A DNA stretch of 63,009 bases, counting the filler, from Octopus bimaculoides (lineage: Eukaryota): the NCBI RefSeq assembly GCF_001194135.2. It is 4 parts of 4 records of this genome, joined end to end, with 100 filler letters (N's around TTAATTAATTAA, not from the genome) between each part and the next. Parts side by side here need not be neighbours in the genome. Positions count along the whole stretch, not along the records: positions 29,560 to 56,316 come from NC_069007.1; positions 56,417 to 61,316 come from NC_068987.1; positions 61,417 to 63,009 come from NC_069003.1; 1 more part is not named here. One strand, 5' to 3'. Positions 51,050 through 63,009 of this stretch are shown one piece after another (position 1 is the first letter of the stretch; every line of letters starts with the position of its first letter). The notes beneath the pieces were generated by a model. That model was not told where the DNA came from. It saw only the letters and a list, made by a program, of their open reading frames with translations, and searched no databases. A program made the translations under genes and the position numbers.

Positions 51050-51780
51050 ACTGTTGTCATAACTTTGATCTCATCTTATCATAACTGTAACCCATGGTAC
51101 ATCACATTTTGTCATAGCTCTGATCCTGGTATATCACAACTTGTCATAGCTGTGACCTTTGCATATCACATCTTTTCATAATTCTGGCTTTGGTAAATCA
51201 CAGCTTGTCGTAACTCTGATCCTGTCCTAGTTTTGATTCTGTTTTATCACATCTTGTCATAATTCTGATCCTGGTATAATATCTCTGATGTTAGTGTATC
51301 ACATCATATCATAGCTATGATCCTAGTATTATCACATATTGTCATAGCTGTTACCCTTGTATATCACATCTTGTCATGGCTATGAGCCCACTTTCACATC
51401 TTGTCATATTCCTGACCCTGGTATATCACATCTTGTCATAATCCTGCTCCTTGGCATATCACATCTTATAACTCTGACCCTGTTATTATCACATCTGATC
51501 GTAGTTTTGATCCTGTCTTACCACATCATGTCAAAACACTGAACCTAATATTTCACATATTATCATAGCTGTGATCTTGTTAGAACTCTGCACTTTAGCA
51601 TGAAATATATTTTCATAACTTTGAACCTGGTATATCACATTTTGTCAAAACGTTGAATCTAGTATTTCACATCTTGTCATATCTCTGATCTTTGTATATC
51701 ACATCATACAGCTATGATCCTGGTATTAACACATCTTGTCATAACTCTGACCCTGTAACTCCACATCTTGTCACAGCATA
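51050..51780. repeat. Old 32-bp minisatellite (ggtatatcacatcttgtcatagctctgatcct)
   Basis: About 22 diverged units with a conserved tcacatcttgtcata core. Confidence 0.9.
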
Positions 51781-52267
51781 GTTCCCTGTACATCCACTTC
51801 ATTTTACTTACAAGAATAAATCTCAATATTTCATAGCAGCCCAACATTGACAACGGCCATACACAGAAACAAAGCCTTAAGGATATTACCCAGTTAAGTT
51901 AGGTAAGTAGAGTTGAGTGTCTTGCCCAAGGACACCAGTAGAATACCTTCGATGTGATCAGAATCCTCAATCTGGGTGTTAGTCTGTTGGCACATTGTAT
52001 ATATATTTGCTTCAATATTTTCACATTCTTCCACAAAAGAAATGTTCCTTGTATGAGTCTGAAGTGGAATTTAAGATCATCAAGGAAAAAAGGAAGATGT
52101 GAAGTTAAGATGCTCATGCCTTTCCCAATAGCAATAATAGTAACAATGACACACTTGAAATACTTGATAGAAGGTTATATATGAGAACCAGCGGTTCATA
52201 TGGGCCCATGGCTTGTTTTTTGTTTTTTTAGATTCAGTTAAATAAATCACAGCAAAATCCTCCTCCA

Positions 52268-52274
52268 ACCACCA

Positions 52275-52311
<37 letters not shown>

Positions 52312-52545
52312 TTCTTCCTCTTCTTCTTCTTCTTCCTCTTCTTCTTCTTCTTCCTCTTCTTTTTCTTCTTCTTCTTCTTCTTCTTCTTCTTCTTCTTCTT
52401 CTTCTTCTTCTTCTTTTTCTTCTTCTTCTTCTTCTTCTTCTTCTTCTTCTTCTTCTTCTTCTTCTTCTTCTTCTTCTTCTTCTTCTTCTTCTTCTTCTTC
52501 TTCTTCTTCTTCTTCTTCTTCTTCTTCTTCTTCTTCCTCCTCCTC
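52268..52545. repeat. (TTC/TCC)n tract
   Basis: Read directly; source of the poly-E ORF. Confidence 0.97.
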
Positions 52546-53199
52546 CAACTCTATTTCCAGTGATCCTGCAGGGTTATTTTTTTCCTGGACCCATATTTTT
52601 CGCATATTCAAACTGCATCTTAAAATTCTAGCTCAACCAAGAAATCTTGCTTTCTGCAAGTGCTACAAACTTAATTCCTGTATTGATTATAGAAATCCTT
52701 TTGGTGATATTCTCAGACTCTTTTACCTAGCAATCATATTCTAATAAGAATTACCTTTACTTTATTGTGAATCCAAAGCGTTTTTACCATATTTCCTGGC
52801 ATGCAGGTTGATGTAACATGTAATATAGACATTCAAACACTGTCACTATCTTTCGAAATCCTGCTGCATTTCACATGGAATTTTTGCTCCTTCAAAGTCA
52901 TTTTGGTGTATAAGTCAATCTACCATTTTTTGGCTGTAAATTTTGGTCTGAATAATTCGACTTCTATGACAGAAAAAATATGGTAACTTCCACTTTAGAT
53001 CCTGGTTTTTACTTTTCTTCTCATTTTCTCTTTCCTTCAATTTGGCATCAAACATGTTGGCTACATATCTTATCAAACAAGCTTGAATATTTCAATTCTT
53101 CGTCTTTCTGGCTTTTCATGTTCCATAAAATTTTTTCATCGTCTTTTTCAACAATTTTCATAGGTCAACATTTATACCAATTCTCAGACTGTAATCCGG

Positions 53200-53470
53200 A
53201 CTGTGTGTTTCTGGACTCCATAAATATTGTCGTTACACCATTTCATTCCCTTCGTTTTTTGTTTTGTTTGAGTTCAACTTTTCCGATAATTTCTGGTATT
53301 ATTCCAGTCTTTATATTCCTGATCCTGTTGATCTTGATCCCCAAGTCTTTCTACTTGGTCAGCTTCTCTGTGACTTCCACAGAGGGGTTTCTATCAGAAG
53401 ATATTGCTATGACATTGTGTATGCTTCTCCTATACTTCCAGTCCTTGATAACAATGTCAGACAGGTTGAC
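53200..53470 (-). mobile_element. R4/Dong-like RLE fragment
   Basis: Minus strand reads NLSDIVIKDWK...DRNPSVEVTEKLTK*KDLGIKINRI...IPEIIG, similar to the fragment at 8696-9310. Confidence 0.65.
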
Positions 53471-53879
53471 ATTATTATTATTATTGTTGTTGTTGTTAAA
53501 ATCAGAAATGATTATTATTATTATTATTATTATTATTCATTCAGAACTTTATTGTCTGTAAATTGTCAATTTCTTCAACTATGTTGAATAGTTTTTAGCA
53601 CAGGTAGGACTGATCAGGAAGCTATTAGCTGAGTCCCTCATAAATATAGGCTCCCTTACCACCCTCTTTGGCAAGAAAGGGCAAGTAGTTTTTCTCTGTC
53701 TTGTGACTATGGCAACAGAGGTCATATTGTGGATGTATTTAAAAGAGCTGAAGATAGGACTTGTTCCAATCAAGCCCTGATCATATGTCGGGACGGAGAA
53801 GAAGGTTCAACTCTCTGGTAAACCTGATGATGAGGCAGAGTGGGCCAAGTTATACAACTGATATATTCTTTTCTTTTAT

Positions 53880-54260
53880 TCTTTTACTTGTTTCAGTCAT
53901 TTGACTGTGGCCATGCTGGAGCACCACCTTAAAGGGGTTTTAGTTGAAGAAATCGATCCCAGGACTTATTATATCAATCTGTTTTGTTGAACTGCTAAGT
54001 TATGGGGTCGTAAACATATCAACATCGGTTATCAAGTGATGGTAGGGGGACAAATGCAGACACAAAGGCACACACATAAATATATACATATATAAATATA
54101 CATATATATATACGACAGGCTTCTTTCAGTTTCCATCTACCAAATCCACTTCCAAGGATATTGTTGATCCGAGGCTATAGTAGAAGACACTTATCCTAAG
54201 GTGCCATGCAGTGGGACTGAACCTGAAACCATATGGCTGGGAAACAAGCTTCTCACTACA
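53880..54260 (-). mobile_element. SINE family B
   Basis: cagtcatttgactgtggccatgctggagcacc...ggcttctttcagtttccatctaccaaatccac...gtgggactgaacc. Confidence 0.85.
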
Positions 54261-54635
54261 CAGCCATGCCTGCGCCGATATGTTCAAATAGAAATTTTGT
54301 TTTACTCCTTTGGTCAAAAAATTAAGGAGAGGACTCGACCACTTCTAGGTCCTTCAAAACTGATGGGTGGGTGGGAGGACAGCATCTTCAAACTGATGAT
54401 CAAACACAAGCGCTTGCAACAACAGAGTGGACTTTGCTAAAGACCATCCAAAGACCATGCTGCTAAGATAGATTAAGTCTATCACCCAAGTAAGCCACTG
54501 TGTGATTTGAACTCGGAACATGAACCTTTACTTTTGGTACTCATAAACTAAAAAATACCACTCATATGCTGGGAGCTGATGTAATAAACTTGCCCCTCCC
54601 AAACGAAATTGTTTGCCTTGTTCCAAATTTTGGAA

Positions 54636-54647
54636 TCACCATTATTA

Positions 54648-54696
<49 letters not shown>

Positions 54697-54709
54697 TATT
54701 AATATTATA

Positions 54710-54742
<33 letters not shown>

Positions 54743-54762
54743 ATTATTATTATTATTATTAC

Positions 54763-54840
<78 letters not shown>

Positions 54841-55435
54841 CATCATTATCATCATCATCATCATCATCATTATTATTATTGTTATTATTGAGTGAGAGAG
54901 CAGTGCAAGCCATCAAAGTGACACTGGGGTACAAATATACGAAACCCAGTATACCCACCATGACTACCCATCTGATAGGGGTACATCAGACACATGCATC
55001 ACAACCATATGTGCGTGAACATGGAGATCTCATATCAAGATAAACAGCGCATGACCTCGCAGGTGGGGGCCCAGTTAGAATTTTCTTCAGGTCGAGTAGC
55101 CCATCCTGCATGAAAGGTCCTTGAATAAGGTTTGTTTAAGGATGTTGAACAAAACACCCATGTTTCCAGGGGTGAATTATTGAAACCTGAAAGGATCCCT
55201 CGCTACACATGGCCATGATGCTTTCCCCACTACTCTTGCTCAAGATCAGCCACTAAGGGACATGCTCGATTGGTTAAGGTCAAGCAACTGACCGGAAAAT
55301 CTGTGGTATTGAGCAGAATATTTGCTGTAGCCCATCTTTTTATACCAAGAACAAAACAAAGTACATGATAGCACTTCCAATCAGTTAAGATCAGAAGCCA
55401 TGAGAACCACTGCCTGGTACTGCATCAAAGCATTT
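54636..55435 (-). mobile_element. SINE-like family D (about 545 bp, 54890-55435) with a long (AAT)n tail (54636-54890)
   Basis: Complex non-coding block bounded by an (ATT)n tract and a (TAC)n/(TAT)n tract. Orientation is inferred from the tail. Confidence 0.55.
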
Positions 55436-55437
55436 AT

Positions 55438-55524
<87 letters not shown>

Positions 55525-55777
55525 NNNNNNNNNNTGTTTGACTTTTGCTTTGCATTTGTACAAGTTGGATCCAAGTCTCACCCAGAGACCTCAAGAGACA
55601 ACAAGTTAGAAGTTCATGTAGGCGTTATTATTATTATTATTATCATCATTAATACTTCGTATACACACAACAGATTAGTCTGTTGGAAAAGAAAAATTCC
55701 TATCATCCGGCTACAAGTAATCTTAGGGGCCAAGAACTCTAAGTATTCTAGCTGTCCCTAATAACACATTATTATTA

Positions 55778-55821
<44 letters not shown>

Positions 55822-56221
55822 TTCCTGCATCACTTGAAGGTTAGTGCAAAGATGAAGAGAAGTGCTGCCCTCTAGTGTTGTTTTGACCAAAGGTAGATGA
55901 GAACAATGGGGACACAGGCAAGGGTTTAGGGGATTAAACTGCTAATGCCACTATAAACATATATGGGGAAAAACTTGGAGATGGCACTTTTCCTTCCCTA
56001 TGAGAATAATCCAGGACTTTTGTATGAGAAACCCCGGAAATATCCCCTTAGGCAGTTGTCCCATTGCACGTAGTAGGGATCAACTTTTTGTGTTTTAGAT
56101 TATGTTGATATCTGTCCCCTTATTTTCACTTGATATAAACCCTTTGGCCACACCCAACTTCATTGAGTTTGTGTTTATACTGTCCCCAGTATTTCAGGTT
56201 CTTGTTGAAAAAAAAAAGAAA

Positions 56222-56265
<44 letters not shown>

Positions 56266-56360
56266 GTATCAATATCATCGATATTATTGTTATTATGGTT
56301 TCACATAATGGTTTAGNNNNNNNNNNNNNNNNNNNNNNNNNNNNNNNNNNNNNNNNNNNN

Positions 56361-56372
56361 TTAATTAATTAA
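56361..56372. other. Assembly gap linker TTAATTAATTAA
   Basis: Layout 44 N + 12 + 44 N. Confidence 0.9.
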
Positions 56373-56416
56373 NNNNNNNNNNNNNNNNNNNNNNNNNNNN
56401 NNNNNNNNNNNNNNNN

Positions 56417-56452
<36 letters not shown>

Positions 56453-57254
56453 ATGGGTGTGTGTATCTATGTGTGTGTGTGTGTGTGTGTCTTTGTACTT
56501 GTCCCACCACCATTGCTGACAACTGGTGTTTGTGTGTTTATGTCCCCATAACTTAACGATCCAGAGTAAAAAAAAATAACGATAAAATAAGCACCAAACT
56601 CGAGAAATGATATGTACTGAGGTTGATTTGCCTGACTAAACCCCTCTAGGCGGTGCCCAAGCTTGGCCACAGTCCAATGTCTAGAACAAATAAAAGATAA
56701 AAGATTTAAATGGTCTCTTGTAGACTGCGCCAAATTATAAATAATAGACTATGCCAAGAGCTTATGCCAAAAAGAAAAATTATGCAAGATCTTACTAAGT
56801 TTTTTTCTTTGTTTTTTCTCTTCTTGTTTTTCTCGCTTGAGTTTATTCCTTGTAGAACATTAACGATTCTATCCGTAGATATGAGGTTATATCCAATGGC
56901 AACGTTACGTAAATTTGCAGGAAATAATTCAAGAAAATCGGTCTGTTATACAGAAAAATTGGAATACAGAAACCATACAAAAGTGAAGCTCCATTAGTTA
57001 CATAAGAAGATCGAATGAAATATCTCTTATCTAAAACTGTTTGATCATGGAAAGAAGAATTGATTCTAATAATATAGCAATAAAAAAATGGTCGGCCATA
57101 GAATATTCCAAAGATTGTGAAAGAAGTAGAAGATTATGCAAGGTCGGTCTGAGATGGAGCAGGCGGCGTGGCGGTCTTTTTATACCATTATAAATGATTG
57201 GTGCAAAATTAAACAAGGTCTGACTGTTTTTAATATTATTATTATTATTATTTG

Positions 57255-57830
57255 GTGTCTTAAGGCGGTGAGCAAGCAGAATCGTTGGCAAACCAGACAA
57301 AATGCCTAGCGGCATTTCGCCCGCCTTTTCGTTCTGAGTTCAAATGAATCTGAGGGAAACTTTGCTTTTCATCTTTTCAGGGTTGATGAGTTAAGTATCA
57401 GTCGAGCACTGGGGCCGATATAATCGACTAGCTTCCTCCCATCAAATTTCAGGCCATGTGCTTATAGTAGAAAGGGTTATTATTTTGGGATTTTCTAAAA
57501 CACTGACCTGGCAAGATTGTTAGAGAGGCGGAAAGAATGCTTGGCGGTATTACTTGCGACTCTTTACGTTCGGAGCCAACCAAAGCCTTGTGAATGGATT
57601 TGGTGTATGTGTGTCTGTGTCTGTGCTTGTTCCCCACAACCCCTTGACAACCTGTGCTGGTGTGTTTATGTTCCTGTGAACTAGCGGTTCGACAAAGAGA
57701 CCCGATGGAATAAGTACCAGTCGCTAAAAAATTAACCCTAAGCGTCTATGCATACGACTAAAGATTCTTCAAGGTGATACCCTATTATGGCTGCAGTCTA
57801 ATGACTGAAACAAGTAGGAGATAAAAGATA
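57255..57830 (+). mobile_element. Adjacent SINE family A (57255-57480) and family B (57540-57830) copies
   Basis: aaggcggtgagcaagcagaatcgtt...ttctgagttcaaat; aaagccttgtgaatggatttggt...catagcggttcg-like 3' half. Confidence 0.75.
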
Positions 57831-58141
57831 AAAGATATGAAACAAAAATATGTCCAGAATTAACCATGAGATAAGAAACTGCGTTCTCGACAAGTACGGA
57901 GCTCAATTTCAGGCGTGTTTATGTCATATTTTGGCTTCGTCGGCAAAACCTAACCGTCAGCCTACTTGCCGACGGATAGATGAAGTAATTAATAATTAAA
58001 TGAACTGGATTTGATAAAGCATTTGGTTTGATAAAGCAAATTATTTAGAGAGTAATTAAGAGTAGAAATTAATATTATTAAATAATATCAACTTCAACCA
58101 GTGGTCAGTATACTTAAAAAAACGTCCGAGGACCGTGAGTT

Positions 58142-58440
58142 CTATTTAAATACAAACAATATGAGAGACCACTATGTGGATCCCTTGTATGCTGAAAATA
58201 GACGTCAAACCGTCTTACCACGAAATCTGTGTTCTCAATTTAGCAAAACGCTAGATGTTTACGAGCTAGACATATGAAAAGAAATAAGTGCTATGTTTAT
58301 TTCTTTCCATTCGTCTAGCTCGTAAACATCTAGTGTCTTGCTAATTTGAGAACACAGATTTCGTGGTAAGACGGTTTGACGTCTATTTTTAGCATACACG
58401 GAATCCATATAGTGGTCTCTCATATTGTTTATATTTAGAG
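58142..58440. mobile_element. Near-perfect 300-bp fold-back palindrome (MITE)
   Basis: Arms of about 145 bp with about 10 mismatches over the aligned core, around a 9-nt loop gtgctatgt (58288-58296). Confidence 0.92.
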
Positions 58441-58639
58441 AGTAATTTGCTAACTACATTTACATGAGAAACAGTATTTCAGTCAGTGTCTATTTAATGC
58501 AAGAAGCAATTCGTAGTTAACTTTTTTTTAATTAGCTTGGTCAGAGTCACTTTCATGGACTTCACAAGCTCTCTCGAGGCTGGTGAAATCAGTACAGTTC
58601 AATTTATAATTTGGTGACTATAAAACAGTGCCCATGTAC

Positions 58640-58900
58640 AGGGAAGGAATTCCAGAGGGCAAATGTTCAAGGAAACAAAGACTATTCATAAGGACGAACG
58701 AAGGCTAGTCAAACGTGGTGCCTGTGAATGGACGTAATATGGATGACGAGTGGAGGAGATATGGGTGAGTTTGGAGTACCTTAGCAGAAGTGACACATGA
58801 TAAGCCTGCATCAAGGAACGGGGGTCATTATAGTAACTGAAGAAAATGTACAGAGAGGCTGTATCAAGTTTGCAGGCTTGAGATTGAAGTGCATTGTTGC
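58640..58900 (-). mobile_element. CR1/Jockey-group LINE 3' fragment
   Basis: Minus strand reads SLYIFFSYY...STRHPYYV..., then ctctggaattccttccct (LWNSLP). This resembles the SLFYRYY...HPY...LWNSLP tail motif. Confidence 0.55.
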
Positions 58901-59899
58901 GTGATCTCAAATGCATTGACTAAGTTGCCATTTTTTCCTGCTATCTAAGATGCCACTGTATGTAGAAACGGTACTGTCTCGGATGTGGGACCAGCACTTC
59001 ATTGTGGACCTTACCTGAGTTTTTAAATAATTATGTGATGAAGAAAAAACAATACTATCAAACGACTAATATTATTTACATTTTTCGGCAAATAAGGGAG
59101 CTAACTATGGACAGGGTTCGTATTATTCTGACCTCGTCAGCTAAGTATAGCCTTCACCATACTTATCCTTTATATAAGTCTTTTTAAATAAAATCTCGTT
59201 TTCCAAAGTAAACGTAGTGTGGAGATTCCTGACTAGTATAAGTGATAAATTAAAAAGAAAAATGACATAGCTTTTAAAGTGATAGCTCCTAGAAATGCCA
59301 ATGGCTGATGCTTCAGCTTTACAAGTTGTTATTATTATTTTATTATGTTATTGTTAGTAACACGATAGTGCACAGAATTAAGCGTAGAACTGCCATTAAT
59401 AATGTATGATTGCTCACTTAAAACTGACAGCCATAACCAGAGGTAAACATGCTGGAATAGAACAACGGCAAATTTCTTCTCTCTTTTTAAGCAGAAAATT
59501 GGTCAAAAATCACGTTGAATCGTAGAAGAGTCATTAGTTGCAAGATATTGTTTTTGGAAAAATTCTTCTGATTTAACGATCGATTTTCAGATTTTTGATC
59601 ATTTACAAAAGCATACATTTTCTTTTCTTTCTTCACCCCTTTCTCCCCCTCTCTTCTTTTTTCTCTCCTCTTCCTCTTTCTTTCCCCTTTTTCTTCCCTT
59701 CTCTCCTTCTCCTCTTTCTCTCTCGTCTTCTTCTTTCTCTTCTTTCTTCTTTCTTTCCTATTTCCCTTTCTCTCCCTCTGTCTTCTTTCACTTCTTCTCT
59801 CTTATTCTCTCTTATTCCCCTCTCTTCTTCCGCTCTCTTTTCTCTGTCTCTCCCTGTCTACTCTTTATCTTTTCTCTTCCTTTCTCTACCCTCTTTCTT

Positions 59900-60300
59900 T
59901 CTCTCTCCTTAGACTACGCCTCTCCAACAAATTCAAATCCACTTTCTTCTCACCTATTAGCCCAAGCCATCGACCACGTCTCCACCTTCCTGTTACGCGC
60001 CTTCCTTTCCATCAACCACTTTCCCTTGCTCCCCATCTTCCATTTCAGTATTTGATTTCTTCAAACCATTATACACCAAAATTTCTGTTTTCTAAAATCT
60101 CAAACCGCTACCGCGCAATCTTATCTCAACCCCAACTCCTCATCTTCAAATGTGACCGTAACCTCCGGAACCTCTAGGTCAGATATTCCTTCACCTTAAT
60201 CACATCCAACCAGGATAAATCGCCTACTTCCATTATAACTTCTGTCCTTTCATTTTCAATTTCAAAAATCGATTCATTTCAATTCATAAGATAGCCATTT
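59900..60300 (+). mobile_element. Possible Penelope-like element remnant
   Basis: QLLIFKCDRNLRNL*VR resembles the FKRxxNLRDLLVR motif preceding the GIY-YIG domain; highly degenerate. Confidence 0.35.
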
Positions 60301-60891
60301 CTCTGTCCACTAGACTTCTTTGGGAGCAAAAACTTACTTTCAATCCAGACACATCCATTTTTCATTATATCAACAATTGTTTATATATCCTTTAATTCCC
60401 TTCCCTGTAACACGCTGATGTACACACGGGCGCGCGACTCTCCCTGCTAATATGTCTACTAACATATACTGTTGTTTCCACGCATAGAAAGACACACATG
60501 AAAAGACACTCATAGAAAGACACACTTAGAAAGACACACAGAAACACACTCGTTATTACCAACTCGCACACAAACACATCAACTGTACTCTTACTGCTGC
60601 TCATTTTTCGACTCATCTTTGATATAGCTGCCCTCCATCATCCACCTCTACTCTGCTCTACCCCAAAACCGTATTTCTACCAATCCACTTCCTTAGTCAA
60701 TTGCTATTATAATCCCTCTGTAGACCCACACAAAATGTTCTCTTTTCTCTAATTTGACAAATGCTTCCAACCCGAAACTTCGATAATTTTTCCTCTCCTT
60801 AGGGTAATTATATTTATAAATTGCATTTCATAATGTAATTTATTTTATGATACAATATGAGTACATTTTATACTACAAATAAATGTAATTT

Positions 60892-61264
60892 ATTACCTCC
60901 GCCTTAGAGAAGTCGGAGGTGTTGTTTTCAGTCGTATTTGTTTATTTGTTTGTCCGTGGACAAGATATCTCAAGAACTGCTGGATGGATCCGGATGAAAC
61001 TTTCAGGGATGTTTGGCCTTGTGACTGGCACAAACTGATTAGGTTTTGGGATTGATCCGGTACCAGACAAGGATTCTGGATTATTTTTCCTGTTTTTTTT
61101 AATTAATGTTTGAGAGCGGTCGGGTTCATTTTTAGTATCCTCGTTTGTGAGAGCAGTCGAGCTTATTTCAGATATTCTCATTTTAAAAATCAGTTCTGGC
61201 TAATCGTTGAGAGGATGTTGGTGTTGCTTTGGCAGAGGTTTGCGCTCTCTGAGTGATCTCGTTT
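60892..61264 (+). mobile_element. Non-autonomous Helentron-like (HINE/DINE-type) element
   Basis: Subterminal inverted repeats acctccgcc (60895) and ggcagaggt (61231), a 5' local hairpin, an internal (ttgt) tract, a 3' stem gcgctctctgagtg, and a gttt end. Confidence 0.65.
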
Positions 61265-61360
61265 GCATTACTTTCATTTATTATTTCTTAATAATGGTTT
61301 CAAATTTTGGCAGAAGNNNNNNNNNNNNNNNNNNNNNNNNNNNNNNNNNNNNNNNNNNNN

Positions 61361-61372
61361 TTAATTAATTAA
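61361..61372. other. Assembly gap linker TTAATTAATTAA
   Basis: Layout 44 N + 12 + 44 N. Confidence 0.9.
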
Positions 61373-61416
61373 NNNNNNNNNNNNNNNNNNNNNNNNNNNN
61401 NNNNNNNNNNNNNNNN

Positions 61417-61455
<39 letters not shown>

Positions 61456-61859
61456 CACACACATACATACATTTATATATATATAAATATATATATTTAT
61501 ATACATAGATCTATATATATGTGTGTGTAGATTTAGATATAGATATAGTTATAGATATACACACACATACAGCATATATTATTCATTAAAAGTAAAACTA
61601 GCCATACAAGTTTTATGTCTCTGTGGAAAACAATAGATTCTCAACAATATTTAAAATTGGTTTGTGTTTGTTGTTGTAATTCTAGTTGTTTTTGTTATTG
61701 ATTTAGGGGTATAAAACAGGGGTGGGGAAGTGAAGTGGTAGTGTGTTTGTGTGTATTTAATTCAATAAGTGCACACTTACAAACACATACACATGATGTA
61801 TGTGCCCCTCTCGTTGAATATATATATATATATATATAAAAACATACATACACACACAC

Positions 61860-61899
<40 letters not shown>

Positions 61900-62059
61900 T
61901 AGATATGAATATGTGTGTGTATATATATATATATATATATGTGCATATATGTGATTATGTGTGTGTGTGTATCTGCAAATGTCTATGAGTGCATACAGAC
62001 ACAAGAATATATAGACATTATATGTCTGTGTTTGTCTGCATATAAGTATGATTGTGTAT

Positions 62060-62186
62060 ATATGCAGTTTGCTTCCCAACCACATGGCTCCTGGTTCTGT
62101 CCCACTTTGTGCGTTTTCTACTATAGCTTGAAGCCAACCAAAGCCTTGCAAGTGGATTTGGTAGAAGGAAACTGAAAGAAGCCCAT

Positions 62187-62224
<38 letters not shown>

Positions 62225-62652
62225 CCAGTGTCTGTCCACTCCTACCCCCTTCACCATTTGGCAACCAGTATTTGTGTGTTTAAATCCCTGAAACTTAACA
62301 GTTCTGTGAAAGAAGCCAACAGAATAAGTACCAGACTTGAAAAATAAAAGTACTCATGTTGATTCATTCAACTAAATATTCTTCAAGGTGGTGCCCCAGC
62401 ATGGCCACCGTCTAATGACTGAAACAAGTAAAAAGACAAAAAAGATAAAAGATATAAGCACTGGTGATGGTGCCACATAGAAAGTACCCAGTGCACTCTG
62501 TAAAGTTGTTGGCATTAAGAAGGGCAACCAAGCAGTTGAAACCAAGCCAAAAACAGACTATGGAACCTAATGCAGTCATCTGGCCTCGCCAGCTCTTGTC
62601 AAGCTGTCCAGCCCATGCAGCATGGAAAACAGACATTAACTGATGATGATGA
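62060..62652 (+). mobile_element. SINE family B (62060-62440) followed by a V-SINE-like 3' part with (GAT)n tail (62455-62652)
   Basis: gcttcccaaccacatgg...gaaactgaaagaagccc; gttggcattaagaagggcaacc...cattaactgatgatgatg. Confidence 0.78.
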
Positions 62653-62958
62653 TGATATATAAAGCCTGAGAGAGATGGACTTCTGTCAGAAGCCTGCAAA
62701 ACTTTAAATTGCATGGAACTGAATCAAACAGCTTTAACAACTGCCTTTCGAAGCATAATATTGTCATTAATTGCTCAAAATGAGGAGTAGATGGACAGCC
62801 AAGAATTGATGAAAGGTCGTTCTTTATGTTACTTGTCTTGTTTATCATTTGTTTCTCTCATAGTTCGCATACCCAAGTTTGTCTTCATATTTCATGTTGT
62901 TTACGTTTTGTGATGTCTTGTACGGATATATGCATATATATATGTATGTATGTACATA

Positions 62959-62995
<37 letters not shown>

Positions 62996-63009
62996 TAGCA
63001 GAAATACCC

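Noticed and set aside
52980-53561. 193-aa hydrophobic ORF as a membrane protein
   Set aside because: It is largely the antisense of an R4/Dong-like RLE fragment plus an (ATT)n tract.
55376-55430. Faint 5S rRNA-like similarity (gatc..gaagc...gcctgg.tact)
   Set aside because: The match is too short and gapped, and its orientation conflicts with the inferred SINE direction.
59105-59142. Minus-strand CTGACGA...GAACC hammerhead-like motif
   Set aside because: GAAA is altered and neither stem I nor stem II pairs.

Overview
AT-rich (about 35% GC by eye), microsatellite-dense eukaryotic scaffold window with many N gaps. The SINE/MITE repertoire and density look like an Octopus (coleoid cephalopod) genome; this is recognition from memory, not a database result. 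No complete host gene is visible, and nearly all long ORFs in the track are microsatellite or N-gap artefacts. The window is a mosaic of decayed transposable elements: R4/Dong-like, CRE-like, RTE and CR1 LINE fragments, a Gypsy integrase plus 3' LTR, a Helitron 3' end, two mariners, a DD37D maT fragment, several SINE families, five or six fold-back MITEs and four minisatellites. The most interesting signals are: (1) a set of hammerhead-ribozyme motifs, one with an intact core (41046-41084) and one inside a 427-bp-period direct repeat; (2) a fold-back element carrying head-to-head telomere-like repeats; (3) a young 34-bp minisatellite that multiplies the 5' splice donor of a candidate exon. I cannot support a wholly new multi-gene system from this sequence.
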